The notes below the pieces were generated by a model. That model was not told the origin of the DNA. It saw only the letters and a list, made by a program, of their open reading frames with translations, and did no database searches. 64,000 nucleotides of DNA from an uncultured Bacilli bacterium (GTDB lineage Bacteria > Bacillota_I > Bacilli_A > RF39 > UBA660): the NCBI GenBank assembly GCA_934167875.1, contig CAKPMC010000004.1, positions 21,214 to 85,213 of the forward strand, in the 5' to 3' direction. Positions within the stretch are counted from its first letter, which is position 1. Each line of letters opens with the position of its first letter. Of this stretch, positions 10,186 to 20,332 are shown piece by piece. Position numbers and translations under genes: made by a program.

Positions 10186-11025
10186 ATGTTATGCTTTATT
10201 ATTTTACATTATAAGAACATAAGTGAAACGATAGAATGCTTAAAAATGTTAAAAAAAATTATTAATAATAATGAAGCATCTATTGTAGTTGTTGATAATA
10301 ACACATTAAATGCAGAAGAAGTTTTGAAAATAAAAAAATACACAAATGATATTTTAATACTCGATAAAAATTATGGATTTGCAAAAGGAAATAATAAAGG
10401 AATAGAGTATGCTAGGAAAAAATATAATCCTAATTTTTACTGCGTTATTAATAATGATGTATTTATTGAACAAAAAGACTTCATTGACAAAGTTAAAAAG
10501 ATTTATGAAAAATATAAATTTGATATGTTAGGGCCAAAAATAGATTCTCCAACTGGCGAATCAGTCAATCCGTTCCCTGTATTCAAAGATAAGAAAACAA
10601 TAGAATCGGAAATAAAAAAATGTAGAAAACTAATTAAAATTTATAATTCTTCGGTATTAACTAGTTTACTAAATTTATACATGAAAATAAAAAGAATATT
10701 TAAAAGAAATATAATCAAGCCTAAAAATGGTGATAAAACATTACAAAATGTTGCTTTACATGGATGCGCTATAATTTTTTCAAAAAAGTATATTGAAAAA
10801 TATGATGAGGGATTTTATAATGAAACGTTTTTATTTCATGAAGAAGAATTTTTGTATCAACGAATATTAAAAGATAATTTAATTAGCATCTATGAGCCAA
10901 CATTGCATGTCTTTCATAAAGAGGGTTCAAGTATTAAAAATAATTATAAAAAAATTAGAAAAAGTAAATTTTTTAGAGAAAAAGAAAGACTAAAATCTTT
11001 ATTATTATTATCAAAACAGATGTAG
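10186..11025 (+). CDS. glycosyltransferase family 2
   Basis: N-terminal IILHYKN...VVVDNNT plus a DxD-type region. Confidence 0.6.
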   Translation: MLCFIILHYKNISETIECLKMLKKIINNNEASIVVVDNNTLNAEEVLKIKKYTNDILILDKNYGFAKGNNKGIEYARKKYNPNFYCVINNDVFIEQKDFIDKVKKIYEKYKFDMLGPKIDSPTGESVNPFPVFKDKKTIESEIKKCRKLIKIYNSSVLTSLLNLYMKIKRIFKRNIIKPKNGDKTLQNVALHGCAIIFSKKYIEKYDEGFYNETFLFHEEEFLYQRILKDNLISIYEPTLHVFHKEGSSIKNNYKKIRKSKFFREKERLKSLLLLSKQM

Positions 11026-11036
11026 GGGGAAAATAT

Positions 11037-14000
11037 ATGGAAAAAATAATTGTTAAGAAAATAGAAGTAGAAAAAAATGACATAAGAATAGACTACAAAG
11101 TAACAGAAGGATTAAAAAAATATTTTAATTTAGAAAATAAATTTCACGTTCATTACTATGAAGATATATCAGCTGTTCCAGAAGAAGTTGCTGTAATTCC
11201 ATTTGTATCTAATGTATTACCAATAATATGGTTAACAAATTCAGAATTAGTAATAGATAGTCTAGAGGAAAAGTATGCAAATTCTCTAGATAAAACAAGA
11301 ATAGCATTTAACAAAATGTATAAAACAGATATTTTTAAAGGCAAAGTGACGGTTAAAAAGAAAAAAAGAATAAAACCATTAGATACAGAAGAAAATATTT
11401 CTGTATTTTATAGTGGAGGTGTAGATTCAACATCATCTTTAGTAAGTTGCCTAGAAAATAAGAAAAGACCATTGCTAATTACAATTTGGGGTACTGATGT
11501 ATGGGATAATAACATAGAGGGATTTGAGTCTTTAAAGAAGAATGCAGAGGATTGTGGAAAAAAATATAATTTAAAAAATATGTTTATAAAAACCAATTTT
11601 AGAAAATTTATTTATGAACATGAGTTAACAAAGGATCTTTTAACAGGAAAAATTAATGATAGTTGGTGGCGTGGAATCCAACACGGTATTGGTTTAATAG
11701 GACATGTTGCACCATATGCATATACAAAAAATATAAAACTCCACTATATTCCAGCAACATTAAATAGTAAGAATATTGGTTCAACTTGTGGTTCATTTCC
11801 AACAATAGATGAAAGTGTAAAATATATGAATTGTTCTATATGCCACGAAGGATATGAGTTGGACAGATTAGATAAAGTAAATCATATAACTAGCTATTTT
11901 GAAAAGCAAAATGAAACTTTTCCACTAAGAGTTTGTTACATGGATAAAGGAAGTAAACTTAATTGTTGTCAATGTGAAAAATGTTATCTGACAATTATGG
12001 AATTAATTTCATTAAAAAAAGATCCAAATAAATGGGGATTTACAGTAAATAAAGAAACAATGAATGATATTCCAAAATATTTATATGAAAAAGCCTCAGA
12101 TAGTCCAATAAATGTAGAAATATGGAATAGAATAAAACAAGAAATGGATAAAAACAAAAAAGTATTAGGAAAACACAAAGAATTAGATTGGATATACAAG
12201 TACACACCGGAGCAGGCTTATATAATTAGATTGCCAAAATTATCAGTAATAGTTCCAGTTTATAATACTGGCAAATATTTGGAAAAGTGCTTAGATTCAT
12301 TGCTTTCACAAGATTATCAAAATTTAGAAATTATCGTTGTAGAAGATTGCTCAACAGATAATAGTAGAGAGGTATTAAAAAAATATAATAAAGAAAATAA
12401 GATAAAAATATTCTATAACGCAAAAAATAGTGGCTTATCTTTCACAAGAAATACAGGATTAAAATATGCTACAGGTAAGTACATAGGTTATATTGATTCA
12501 GACGATTATGTTGACAATAACTATTACAGCACTATGATGTCAAAGGTAATAAACGATAATGCCGATGTAGTAGTCTGTGATATGAAAACAGTCTATGAAA
12601 ATGAAAATAATAGAGAAGTTATTAACAGATGCTATGACATTGAACAAGACAAACTAGGATTTGTAAACACTGGTCTAGCAGCGTCAGCATGTAACAAAGT
12701 TTTTAAAAGAGAGTTGATAGAAAAATACGAATTTTCTGTTGGAAAAGTTAATGAGGATTTGGCTGTGGTTTTACCAGCAATTATAAATGCGAATAGAGTA
12801 TCATATGCAGATGGTATTTACTATTATTATATTCAAAGAAATAATTCAATTCAAAATTCAAGGTTTTCAGATAAAAAATTTGATATATTCTATGGAGTCG
12901 ATTTAACTTTAAAGAGAATAGAAAACTGTGAAAACTATGATAAGATATCACAAGCTATAATTTATAATCAAATTATTGTTTTACTTATTTATATAATTCC
13001 TAAAGAAAAAAATATATCTAGAAGATATCATATCTTAAAGAAATTTAATAAATTATCACAAAAATATGAAATTAGAAGAAATATATATTTATGGAGATTC
13101 TTAGAGCAATGTGGTAAAAAACACAGAATCTATTATAAAGCATTATTTAAATTAAATTGTCAAAAATTATATTTATTTTCGAATTTACTTATTTCAAATT
13201 ATGATTTAGCTAAAAATATAAAATCAAAAAAAACTGTAATTAAAGATGTTAACAAAAATGATTTAATAAAAATGGCTAAAAAACAAAATAAACTTAAGGT
13301 ACAAGATATAAAAATATCAGTTGTAATTCCTAATTACAACTATGAAAGATTTCTATATCAAAGACTATATTCTATCTTGTATCAAAAGGTAAAGATTCAT
13401 GAAATTATTATCTTAGATGATTGTTCTAAAGATAATAGTAGGAATTTAATTGATGATATAGTTGATACATTATCACCTTATATAAACATAAAGAAAATCT
13501 ATAATGATACGAATTCTGGATCTGCTTTTAAACAATGGCATAAAGGTTTTAATATTACGGAAGGTGATTATGTATGGATTGCTGAAGCTGATGATTATTG
13601 TACAAATAAATTTTTAAAGACAGTAATTATGCCAATTAAAAGCAATAATAATATAGCAATTAGCTATAGTGATACCGCTTTTATTAACGCAGAAGGAAAT
13701 ATAATTTTAAAAAGCATCAAGCCAGAAATAGACATACAAAAAACAGGGCATTGGGATAAATCATACATTAATAGTGGTATAGATGAAATAAAAAATTATT
13801 CTTATTTAAATTGTACAATTGCAAATGTATCATCATGTCTAATAAAAAAAGGCGATTATAGCAAATTTTTAAAAGAATCTGGTAATTATAAACAAGCAGG
13901 AGATTGGCTATTTTATATTAATGTTATTAAAAATGGTAATATAGCGTATAGTAATAAAGTATACAATTATTATAGAGTTCATGGTAATAATGTTAGCTCA

Positions 14001-14150
14001 ACAATGAATCGTAAAAAACATATAGATGAAATAAATAAAATCTACCAATATGTAAATAATGAATTTAAGTTAACAAAAAAACATGAAAAGAAAATGAAAG
14101 AAAGAATAAAATTTTTAACTAATGTCTGGGGGATAAATAATGAAAAATAG
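11037..14150 (+). CDS. multidomain protein: N-terminal PP-loop (SGGxDS) N-acetyl-sugar-amidotransferase-like domain fused to two tandem GT2 glycosyltransferase domains
   Basis: FYSGGVDSTSS PP-loop near residue 125 and a Cys cluster CCQCEKCY. GT2 domains begin LSVIVPVYNTGKYLEKCLDSLLSQDYQNLEIIVVEDCSTDNS and ISVVIPNYNYERFLYQRL...IIILDDCSKDNS. Confidence 0.6.
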   Translation: MEKIIVKKIEVEKNDIRIDYKVTEGLKKYFNLENKFHVHYYEDISAVPEEVAVIPFVSNVLPIIWLTNSELVIDSLEEKYANSLDKTRIAFNKMYKTDIFKGKVTVKKKKRIKPLDTEENISVFYSGGVDSTSSLVSCLENKKRPLLITIWGTDVWDNNIEGFESLKKNAEDCGKKYNLKNMFIKTNFRKFIYEHELTKDLLTGKINDSWWRGIQHGIGLIGHVAPYAYTKNIKLHYIPATLNSKNIGSTCGSFPTIDESVKYMNCSICHEGYELDRLDKVNHITSYFEKQNETFPLRVCYMDKGSKLNCCQCEKCYLTIMELISLKKDPNKWGFTVNKETMNDIPKYLYEKASDSPINVEIWNRIKQEMDKNKKVLGKHKELDWIYKYTPEQAYIIRLPKLSVIVPVYNTGKYLEKCLDSLLSQDYQNLEIIVVEDCSTDNSREVLKKYNKENKIKIFYNAKNSGLSFTRNTGLKYATGKYIGYIDSDDYVDNNYYSTMMSKVINDNADVVVCDMKTVYENENNREVINRCYDIEQDKLGFVNTGLAASACNKVFKRELIEKYEFSVGKVNEDLAVVLPAIINANRVSYADGIYYYYIQRNNSIQNSRFSDKKFDIFYGVDLTLKRIENCENYDKISQAIIYNQIIVLLIYIIPKEKNISRRYHILKKFNKLSQKYEIRRNIYLWRFLEQCGKKHRIYYKALFKLNCQKLYLFSNLLISNYDLAKNIKSKKTVIKDVNKNDLIKMAKKQNKLKVQDIKISVVIPNYNYERFLYQRLYSILYQKVKIHEIIILDDCSKDNSRNLIDDIVDTLSPYINIKKIYNDTNSGSAFKQWHKGFNITEGDYVWIAEADDYCTNKFLKTVIMPIKSNNNIAISYSDTAFINAEGNIILKSIKPEIDIQKTGHWDKSYINSGIDEIKNYSYLNCTIANVSSCLIKKGDYSKFLKESGNYKQAGDWLFYINVIKNGNIAYSNKVYNYYRVHGNNVSSTMNRKKHIDEINKIYQYVNNEFKLTKKHEKKMKERIKFLTNVWGINNEK

Positions 14151-15447
14151 AAAATATGGATTAGTTGTCTTTGATAAAACTCAAAATTTGGGCGATGATA
14201 TTCAGAGCTATGCTGCTATACAATATTTGCCACAAATTGATTATTATATTGAAAGAGAATGTTTGAATGAATTTACATCACAAAATGGTGAAATAGTAAA
14301 CGTTATAATGAATGGCTGGTATATGCATGATATAACTTCAATGCCACCATCACCATTTATTAATCCCCTATTTATTTCAATCCATTTTACTGATCATTTG
14401 TATAATGAGTGTCCTGAATATTTAAGTGGATACTTTCTAGATTATCTAAAAAAACATGAACCTATAGGGTGCCGTGACGAAGTTGTTAGAAAATATTTAA
14501 CAGATAATAATATTAAAAATTATTGGTCTGGTTGCTTAACATTAACTATTAAAAAGTTTCCTAATGTAGAAAAAGGAAATTACATTTGTGCTGTAGATTT
14601 AGATGATGAGGAATTATCGCATTTAAGAAAGCTTACAAATAAAGAAATTAGAATAATTACACATAAATTAGATGATAGTGTAAATTCAAAGATTTCATAT
14701 GAAGAGCGTATGCATAATGTTGAAGAAACATTGAAAGTATATCAAGGGGCATCATTGGTAGTAACAACAAGATTACACTGTGCGCTGCCTTCATTAGCAC
14801 TAGAAACACCTGTAATAATGATACATGATAGTAATAATATAGACAAAGTTAATAGAATTGGTGTATTTTTAGAATTGATTAATCACACATCAAAAAACAA
14901 TTTTATATTAGGAAAATTTGATGACTTAATTAAAAATCCAAAAGATAATTCAAATGATTATTTAGAAATAAGAAAAAAAATTAAGTCAATTGTCAGTGAA
15001 TTTATAGACAACGGATGTAAGGATTATTCAGAGAATCAACAAAATGTTAAGTTATATAAAAAATATTTTGTTGAGCAAAAAAAATATATTGTTAATCTTT
15101 TAAGGTTATCTTTTGAAAAAACATTAAGTTTAAGTAAGCAAGATTATATGAATTGGATTGATAATATAAATATAGAAAAAGAACAAACTATTAGTAAAAT
15201 AGATAAAGATAATCAAAAAAGGGAATATGAATTAAATAGGCAATTAAATAAATACATGTTGCGTGATGAAACTGTAAATAAAGAGCTGGAAGTAGCGATA
15301 AATAATTACTTAAAAATAGTTAATAAAAAGCAACAAGAGATAGATAAATTATACCAACAACTAAATACGATAACTACATCGAAGGGGTATAGATATTTAG
15401 AAAAATTTAGAAAGATAAAAGGAAGATTATTAAGAAGAGGTAGGTAG
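14140..15447 (+). CDS. polysaccharide pyruvyl transferase (CsaB-like) family protein with C-terminal coiled coil
   Basis: N-terminal ...QNLGDDIQSYAAIQYL resembles the PS_pyruv_trans NLGD motif. ~300-aa catalytic-size region followed by a K/E-rich helical tail. Confidence 0.45.
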   Translation: MKNRKYGLVVFDKTQNLGDDIQSYAAIQYLPQIDYYIERECLNEFTSQNGEIVNVIMNGWYMHDITSMPPSPFINPLFISIHFTDHLYNECPEYLSGYFLDYLKKHEPIGCRDEVVRKYLTDNNIKNYWSGCLTLTIKKFPNVEKGNYICAVDLDDEELSHLRKLTNKEIRIITHKLDDSVNSKISYEERMHNVEETLKVYQGASLVVTTRLHCALPSLALETPVIMIHDSNNIDKVNRIGVFLELINHTSKNNFILGKFDDLIKNPKDNSNDYLEIRKKIKSIVSEFIDNGCKDYSENQQNVKLYKKYFVEQKKYIVNLLRLSFEKTLSLSKQDYMNWIDNINIEKEQTISKIDKDNQKREYELNRQLNKYMLRDETVNKELEVAINNYLKIVNKKQQEIDKLYQQLNTITTSKGYRYLEKFRKIKGRLLRRGR

Positions 15448-15448
15448 T

Positions 15449-16474
15449 ATGAAAGAGAAGAAAAAAATAGCTTTAGTAGTAGATGCTGATAATTGGGCAT
15501 TTGCCAATATTGCAAAAAACATTACTAAAAATTTATCTGAACAATATGATTTCAAAATCATACCAATTATTAACCTAGATAATAATCTAGCAAAGGTATA
15601 TATTGCTGCCGACGATTGTGATTTAATTCATTTCTTTTGGCGAGGAAATATTATAGGTGAATTTGATGAAGGATTTAAGTGGTATGTTGAACACCTTGGC
15701 TTTACTTTAAGTGAGTTTAAACAAAAATATATGAATAAAATAATAACTACAGCTGTTTATGATCACTTATTTTTAGATGATGAAATAAATATTACTGAAC
15801 AAATATTTTCCAATTGTAATAAATATTATGTTTCTTCAAATATTCTAAAAAAAATTTATAAAAAACTTGATATTAAATATTATCCAAAATGTGTTATTAC
15901 AGATGGTGTTGACTTAGATAAATTTTTTCCTCAAAGATTAGAAAGATTTTTAAATTTAGAAAATAGAAAAATAAAAATCGGATGGGTAGGAAATAGTGCA
16001 TGGGCCAGTGATAAAGAAGATTTTAAAGGTGCAAATACTATTTTAAAACCAGTATTAAAAGAATTGATAGAAGAAGGGTATCCAATTGAAGAATATTTTG
16101 CAGATAGACAAGTAAGAATGATTCCACATGATCAAATGGTTGACTACTATTCTGACATCGATATATTGATATGCACATCTAAGTGTGAAGGAACACCAAA
16201 TCCAGTATTGGAAGCAATGGCATGTGGAGTACCTGTTATTTCTACTAGGGTTGGAATTGTTCCTGACGCATTAGGAAATAAACAAAAACAATTTATCTTA
16301 AAAGAAAGAACTAAAGAATGTTTGAAAGAAAAAATTATATATTTATTAAATCACAAAAAAATTTTTCAGGAATTAAGTGAAGAAAATCAACAAGAAATAA
16401 AAGATTGGACTTGGCAGAAAATTTCAAAAAAATTTCAAGATTTTTTTGATGAATATTTAAATAATAAAGAATAG
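15449..16474 (+). CDS. glycosyltransferase family 1 (GT4-type)
   Basis: C-terminal EGTPNPVLEAMACGVPVISTRVG motif (E-x7-E GT1 signature). Confidence 0.7.
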   Translation: MKEKKKIALVVDADNWAFANIAKNITKNLSEQYDFKIIPIINLDNNLAKVYIAADDCDLIHFFWRGNIIGEFDEGFKWYVEHLGFTLSEFKQKYMNKIITTAVYDHLFLDDEINITEQIFSNCNKYYVSSNILKKIYKKLDIKYYPKCVITDGVDLDKFFPQRLERFLNLENRKIKIGWVGNSAWASDKEDFKGANTILKPVLKELIEEGYPIEEYFADRQVRMIPHDQMVDYYSDIDILICTSKCEGTPNPVLEAMACGVPVISTRVGIVPDALGNKQKQFILKERTKECLKEKIIYLLNHKKIFQELSEENQQEIKDWTWQKISKKFQDFFDEYLNNKE

Positions 16475-16487
16475 GAAAAGTTTTGAT

Positions 16488-18071
16488 ATGAAAAAAAGCA
16501 AAAAAAATTCTAAGAAGATGGTCAGTAATCCAATTAAAAAAATTAATATATTAATCTCATCACTACAAAAAATAGATTTAAAAAAAATATGGAGTTTAAT
16601 GTTTTTTTGTTGCTTATGTTGGTTCTTTTTAATATGTATATTAGACGCTGGTTATACATTCAATCCATTATTAATAATTTTAGGTATAACTACCGCGGTA
16701 ATATTATTAACCAAAATATATAAAACAATTCAAAAAAAATTTAAAAATTTAAGTGATAAAAAGGCCTGGATTTTTTATACAATTGTTGTTTGTTTAATGA
16801 TAACTATACAAGCAGTAATAGGATATTTAGTTAGGACAAACCCAAGTTGGGATCTAGGTATAGTCATAAAATCAGCACAAGAAATTGTAAAATACGGTCA
16901 TTCAACTGATATGGCTGGCTATTACATTCAAGCACCAAATAATATATTGATAACACTATTGATTGCATTAACAATTAAAGTATTTTCTTTTATTGGAATT
17001 GTAAACATAAATATAATAACTTTGATTGTGAACATTATTTTCATTCAATTATCAATCTTTCTTTTATTTAAACTTACAAAAAAAATCTATGACAACTATA
17101 CAGCTTGTTTTGTATTAATTTTGATGTTTATGTTTTTACCTATTTATCCATATTCGACGATTATGTATACAGATACAATGAGTATGTTTTTACCAATTGG
17201 ATTTTTATATTTATTTCAAAAATTAGATGATGTAGACATAAATAAAAAATTTATAATAATTTCTATAATTATTGGTTTTTTCAGTTTTATTTCATTAAAT
17301 TTAAAGGTTACAGCTTTAATAGTAGTAATGGCTACTGTTATAAATGAAATAATAAATAAGAAATTCAAAAAGATAGTCTGTGTCTGCCTAATAGCAATAT
17401 GTAGTTTTACATTATTCGAAACGGTATTTACGACAATTGTAAAAAAAACAAATGTTATGGGTCTTGATTACAAATTAACAAAATCAATACCTTATACTCA
17501 TTTCATAATGATGGGAATGTATAATATGGGTGCCTTTGATTCTGGAGAGTGGCAATTTACTCTAAATCTTCCTGATTATAATACTAGAAAGAAAGAAAAT
17601 ATAAAAGTTATAAAATCGAGACTTAGTCAGTACAAAACACAAGGCTATATAAAATTTCTAAACTATAAAGTAAAACAGCAAACTTGGGGATCAGGAACAT
17701 ATGATTTTGAAAATATCTTATCTTCATATCAGGTCGATAATAACATTGCTCATCAGTTTTTATTATCAAATGGTAGATATTATAATGCTGTTTACTATTA
17801 TTGCCAAATATTTCATTTTACGATGTTATTTTGTATATTAGCATCTATTTTATATAGCATAAAAATTAGAGAAAAAATTGAAACTTTAAACATTGCAAGA
17901 CTAAGTATGTTTGGATTATTATTATTTTTACTAATTTGGGAAACAAGATCAAGATATATGTTAAACTATATTCCAGTATATCTATTAATAACGGTTAGTG
18001 GAGTAATATCTTTATCAAATAATTCAAAAAAAATAAAAAAAATATTATTTTTAAAAAATGAGGAGAAATAA
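16488..18071 (+). CDS. polytopic membrane protein, putative GT-C-fold glycosyltransferase
   Basis: 527 aa with more than 10 TM helices. Periplasmic-loop motifs sit near the N-terminus. Located within the glycosyltransferase operon. Confidence 0.35.
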   Translation: MKKSKKNSKKMVSNPIKKINILISSLQKIDLKKIWSLMFFCCLCWFFLICILDAGYTFNPLLIILGITTAVILLTKIYKTIQKKFKNLSDKKAWIFYTIVVCLMITIQAVIGYLVRTNPSWDLGIVIKSAQEIVKYGHSTDMAGYYIQAPNNILITLLIALTIKVFSFIGIVNINIITLIVNIIFIQLSIFLLFKLTKKIYDNYTACFVLILMFMFLPIYPYSTIMYTDTMSMFLPIGFLYLFQKLDDVDINKKFIIISIIIGFFSFISLNLKVTALIVVMATVINEIINKKFKKIVCVCLIAICSFTLFETVFTTIVKKTNVMGLDYKLTKSIPYTHFIMMGMYNMGAFDSGEWQFTLNLPDYNTRKKENIKVIKSRLSQYKTQGYIKFLNYKVKQQTWGSGTYDFENILSSYQVDNNIAHQFLLSNGRYYNAVYYYCQIFHFTMLFCILASILYSIKIREKIETLNIARLSMFGLLLFLLIWETRSRYMLNYIPVYLLITVSGVISLSNNSKKIKKILFLKNEEK

Positions 18072-18072
18072 A

Positions 18073-19077
18073 ATGAAAGTATTAGTTACAGGCGGTATGG
18101 GATACATTGGTAGTCATACTGTTGTTGAATTATTAGAAAATAATTATGAAGTAATAATTGTTGATAATTTAGTAAATTCTAAAATAGATGTTTTAGATAA
18201 AATAGAAAAAATAACTGGCAAGAGACCAAAATTTTATCAATATGATCTATGTAATTATGAAAATTTAGAAAGCATATTTAAAGAAAATAAAATCGATGTA
18301 GTAATTCATTTTGCTGGTTTAAAAGCAGTAGGTGAAAGTTGTGAAAAACCTTTACTTTACTATCAAAATAATTTAGTATCAACTATGAATCTATTAGAGA
18401 TAATGAGTAAATATAATTGTAAAAGAATTGTTTTCTCATCTAGTGCTACAGTGTATGGTAGTCCTAAATCATTACCAATTAAAGAAGATTTTCCTTTATC
18501 AACAACCAATCCATATGGTTCAACAAAGTTATTTATTGAATATATTTTAAAAGATTTATATAAATCAGATCCAACTTGGAGTATAGCTATACTAAGATAC
18601 TTCAACCCAATTGGTGCTCATGAATCATATTTACTTGGTGAAAATCCAAATGGTATTCCTAATAATTTAATGCCATATATAATGAAAGTTGCTACCAAAG
18701 AACTAGATCATTTGAATATTTTTGGTGATGACTATAATACTAAAGATGGTACTGGAGTTAGGGATTATATCCATGTAGTGGATTTAGCTAAAGGTCATAT
18801 TAAAGCAGTAGAAAAAGTTTTAAGTGAAAATAAAATAGATTGTTACAATTTAGGAACAGGTACAGGATATAGTGTACTAGAAATGGTAAATTTATTTAAA
18901 AAAGTTAATGATGTTGATGTACCATACCAAATAGTAGAAAGACGTAGTGGTGATATTGCTGAATGTTATGCTGACCCAACTTATGCTAAAAAAGAATTAG
19001 GATTTATAGCAGAAAAATCTTTAGAAGATATGGTAAGAGATAGTTATCAATATATATTGCACTGCAAATCTGAATAA
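18073..19077 (+). CDS. galE: UDP-glucose 4-epimerase
   Basis: MKVLVTGGMGYIGSH Rossmann motif and YxxxK (YGSTK). AGGAG RBS before the ATG at 18073. Confidence 0.9.
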   Translation: MKVLVTGGMGYIGSHTVVELLENNYEVIIVDNLVNSKIDVLDKIEKITGKRPKFYQYDLCNYENLESIFKENKIDVVIHFAGLKAVGESCEKPLLYYQNNLVSTMNLLEIMSKYNCKRIVFSSSATVYGSPKSLPIKEDFPLSTTNPYGSTKLFIEYILKDLYKSDPTWSIAILRYFNPIGAHESYLLGENPNGIPNNLMPYIMKVATKELDHLNIFGDDYNTKDGTGVRDYIHVVDLAKGHIKAVEKVLSENKIDCYNLGTGTGYSVLEMVNLFKKVNDVDVPYQIVERRSGDIAECYADPTYAKKELGFIAEKSLEDMVRDSYQYILHCKSE

Positions 19078-19098
19078 TTATTTAAAAAGGAGATAATT

Positions 19099-20226
19099 TT
19101 GAAAAGTAGTAGAATTGACTGGGTTGATATATATAAAGGAATATTAATATTTTTGATGGTATTAGGACACAGCTGTAACATTTTTTTATTACCATGGATA
19201 TATGGATTTCATATGGCAGGCTTTTTTTTCATATCAGGTTATACCACAAATTATGATAAATATGATTTTGTAACCTATATTAAGAAAAAAACAAAGAGTT
19301 TGTTAGTCCCGTTTATTGGAATAAATGTCTTTTCATTTATTATCCAATTGCTTTTAAATTTAACAGGATTATATAATGTATACTATAATAATCAATTTTC
19401 TTTCACAAGTTTAATCAATTTTTTTAAATATTTTTCAACATTTGATTTAGCAGGTGCTAGTTGGTTTTTATTTGTTTTATACATAGCAAGTATATTATCA
19501 AAATTACTTTATGATATTATAAAAGGTTATAATGTAAAAGATAATATATCAATACATTTAATTATTTGTTTTATTATTTTTATTATTTTTTATTGCCTAT
19601 TTTATAGAACAGGAGAAAAAATATCATATTTTTTAGATTTAATACCAATATCAACTTTCTTTTTATCACTTGGTACTTTTGCTTTTAATAAAAACATGCT
19701 AATTAAAAATAAATATAATAATATTATAAAAATATTGTTATGCTGTTTTTATATCACAAATATTAGTTTTTATAATCAACCAACTGATTGGGCTGGAAGA
19801 ATTTTTCCCCCATTATATATATTATTATTCAATTCACTTGGTGGAATATTATTGTTAATAGGAATAAGTAAAATTATTGTTTTTCTAAAGAATAAGATAA
19901 AATTAATTTATATATTTTTAAATTATTTAGGTAAAAACACTTTAGAAATACTAAAATATCATTTTTTGAGTTTTAGAGTAATCTTTACTATATTATATGT
20001 ATTTAAATATTTAGATATTTCAAAATTAAAATGCCTAGTTCCCCCGTATTATGGATTTATTGAAACATTATTAACTGCAGTTATTGCGGTAATTTTTTCA
20101 TTACTTTTTTCAATTTGTATAAATTATATTTATAAGATCATGAAAAAAGTAATAAACAATTTTATCAATAAGATACCAGAAAAATATAATTTTATAGCAT
20201 TAATTAAAAACATTAAAATACAATAA
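19099..20226 (+). CDS. acyltransferase family 3 (OatA/O-acetyltransferase-like) membrane protein
   Basis: N-terminal RIDWVDIYKGILIFLMVLGHS motif and about 10 TM helices. TTG start. Confidence 0.7.
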   Translation: MKSSRIDWVDIYKGILIFLMVLGHSCNIFLLPWIYGFHMAGFFFISGYTTNYDKYDFVTYIKKKTKSLLVPFIGINVFSFIIQLLLNLTGLYNVYYNNQFSFTSLINFFKYFSTFDLAGASWFLFVLYIASILSKLLYDIIKGYNVKDNISIHLIICFIIFIIFYCLFYRTGEKISYFLDLIPISTFFLSLGTFAFNKNMLIKNKYNNIIKILLCCFYITNISFYNQPTDWAGRIFPPLYILLFNSLGGILLLIGISKIIVFLKNKIKLIYIFLNYLGKNTLEILKYHFLSFRVIFTILYVFKYLDISKLKCLVPPYYGFIETLLTAVIAVIFSLLFSICINYIYKIMKKVINNFINKIPEKYNFIALIKNIKIQ

Positions 20227-20332
20227 TTAATAATAAAAAAAAGAAAAAACTAAAAAATTTTTCTTTTTTTTAGATATTTTAAAAAAAACTTAAATAATAC
20301 TATTAGAACCAATTAATGAGAGGGGGATAATT

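Noticed and set aside
11156-12205. Short antisense ORFs (62-73 aa) inside the 1037-aa glycosyltransferase gene
   Set aside because: Embedded in a continuous, domain-supported coding frame with no independent signals.
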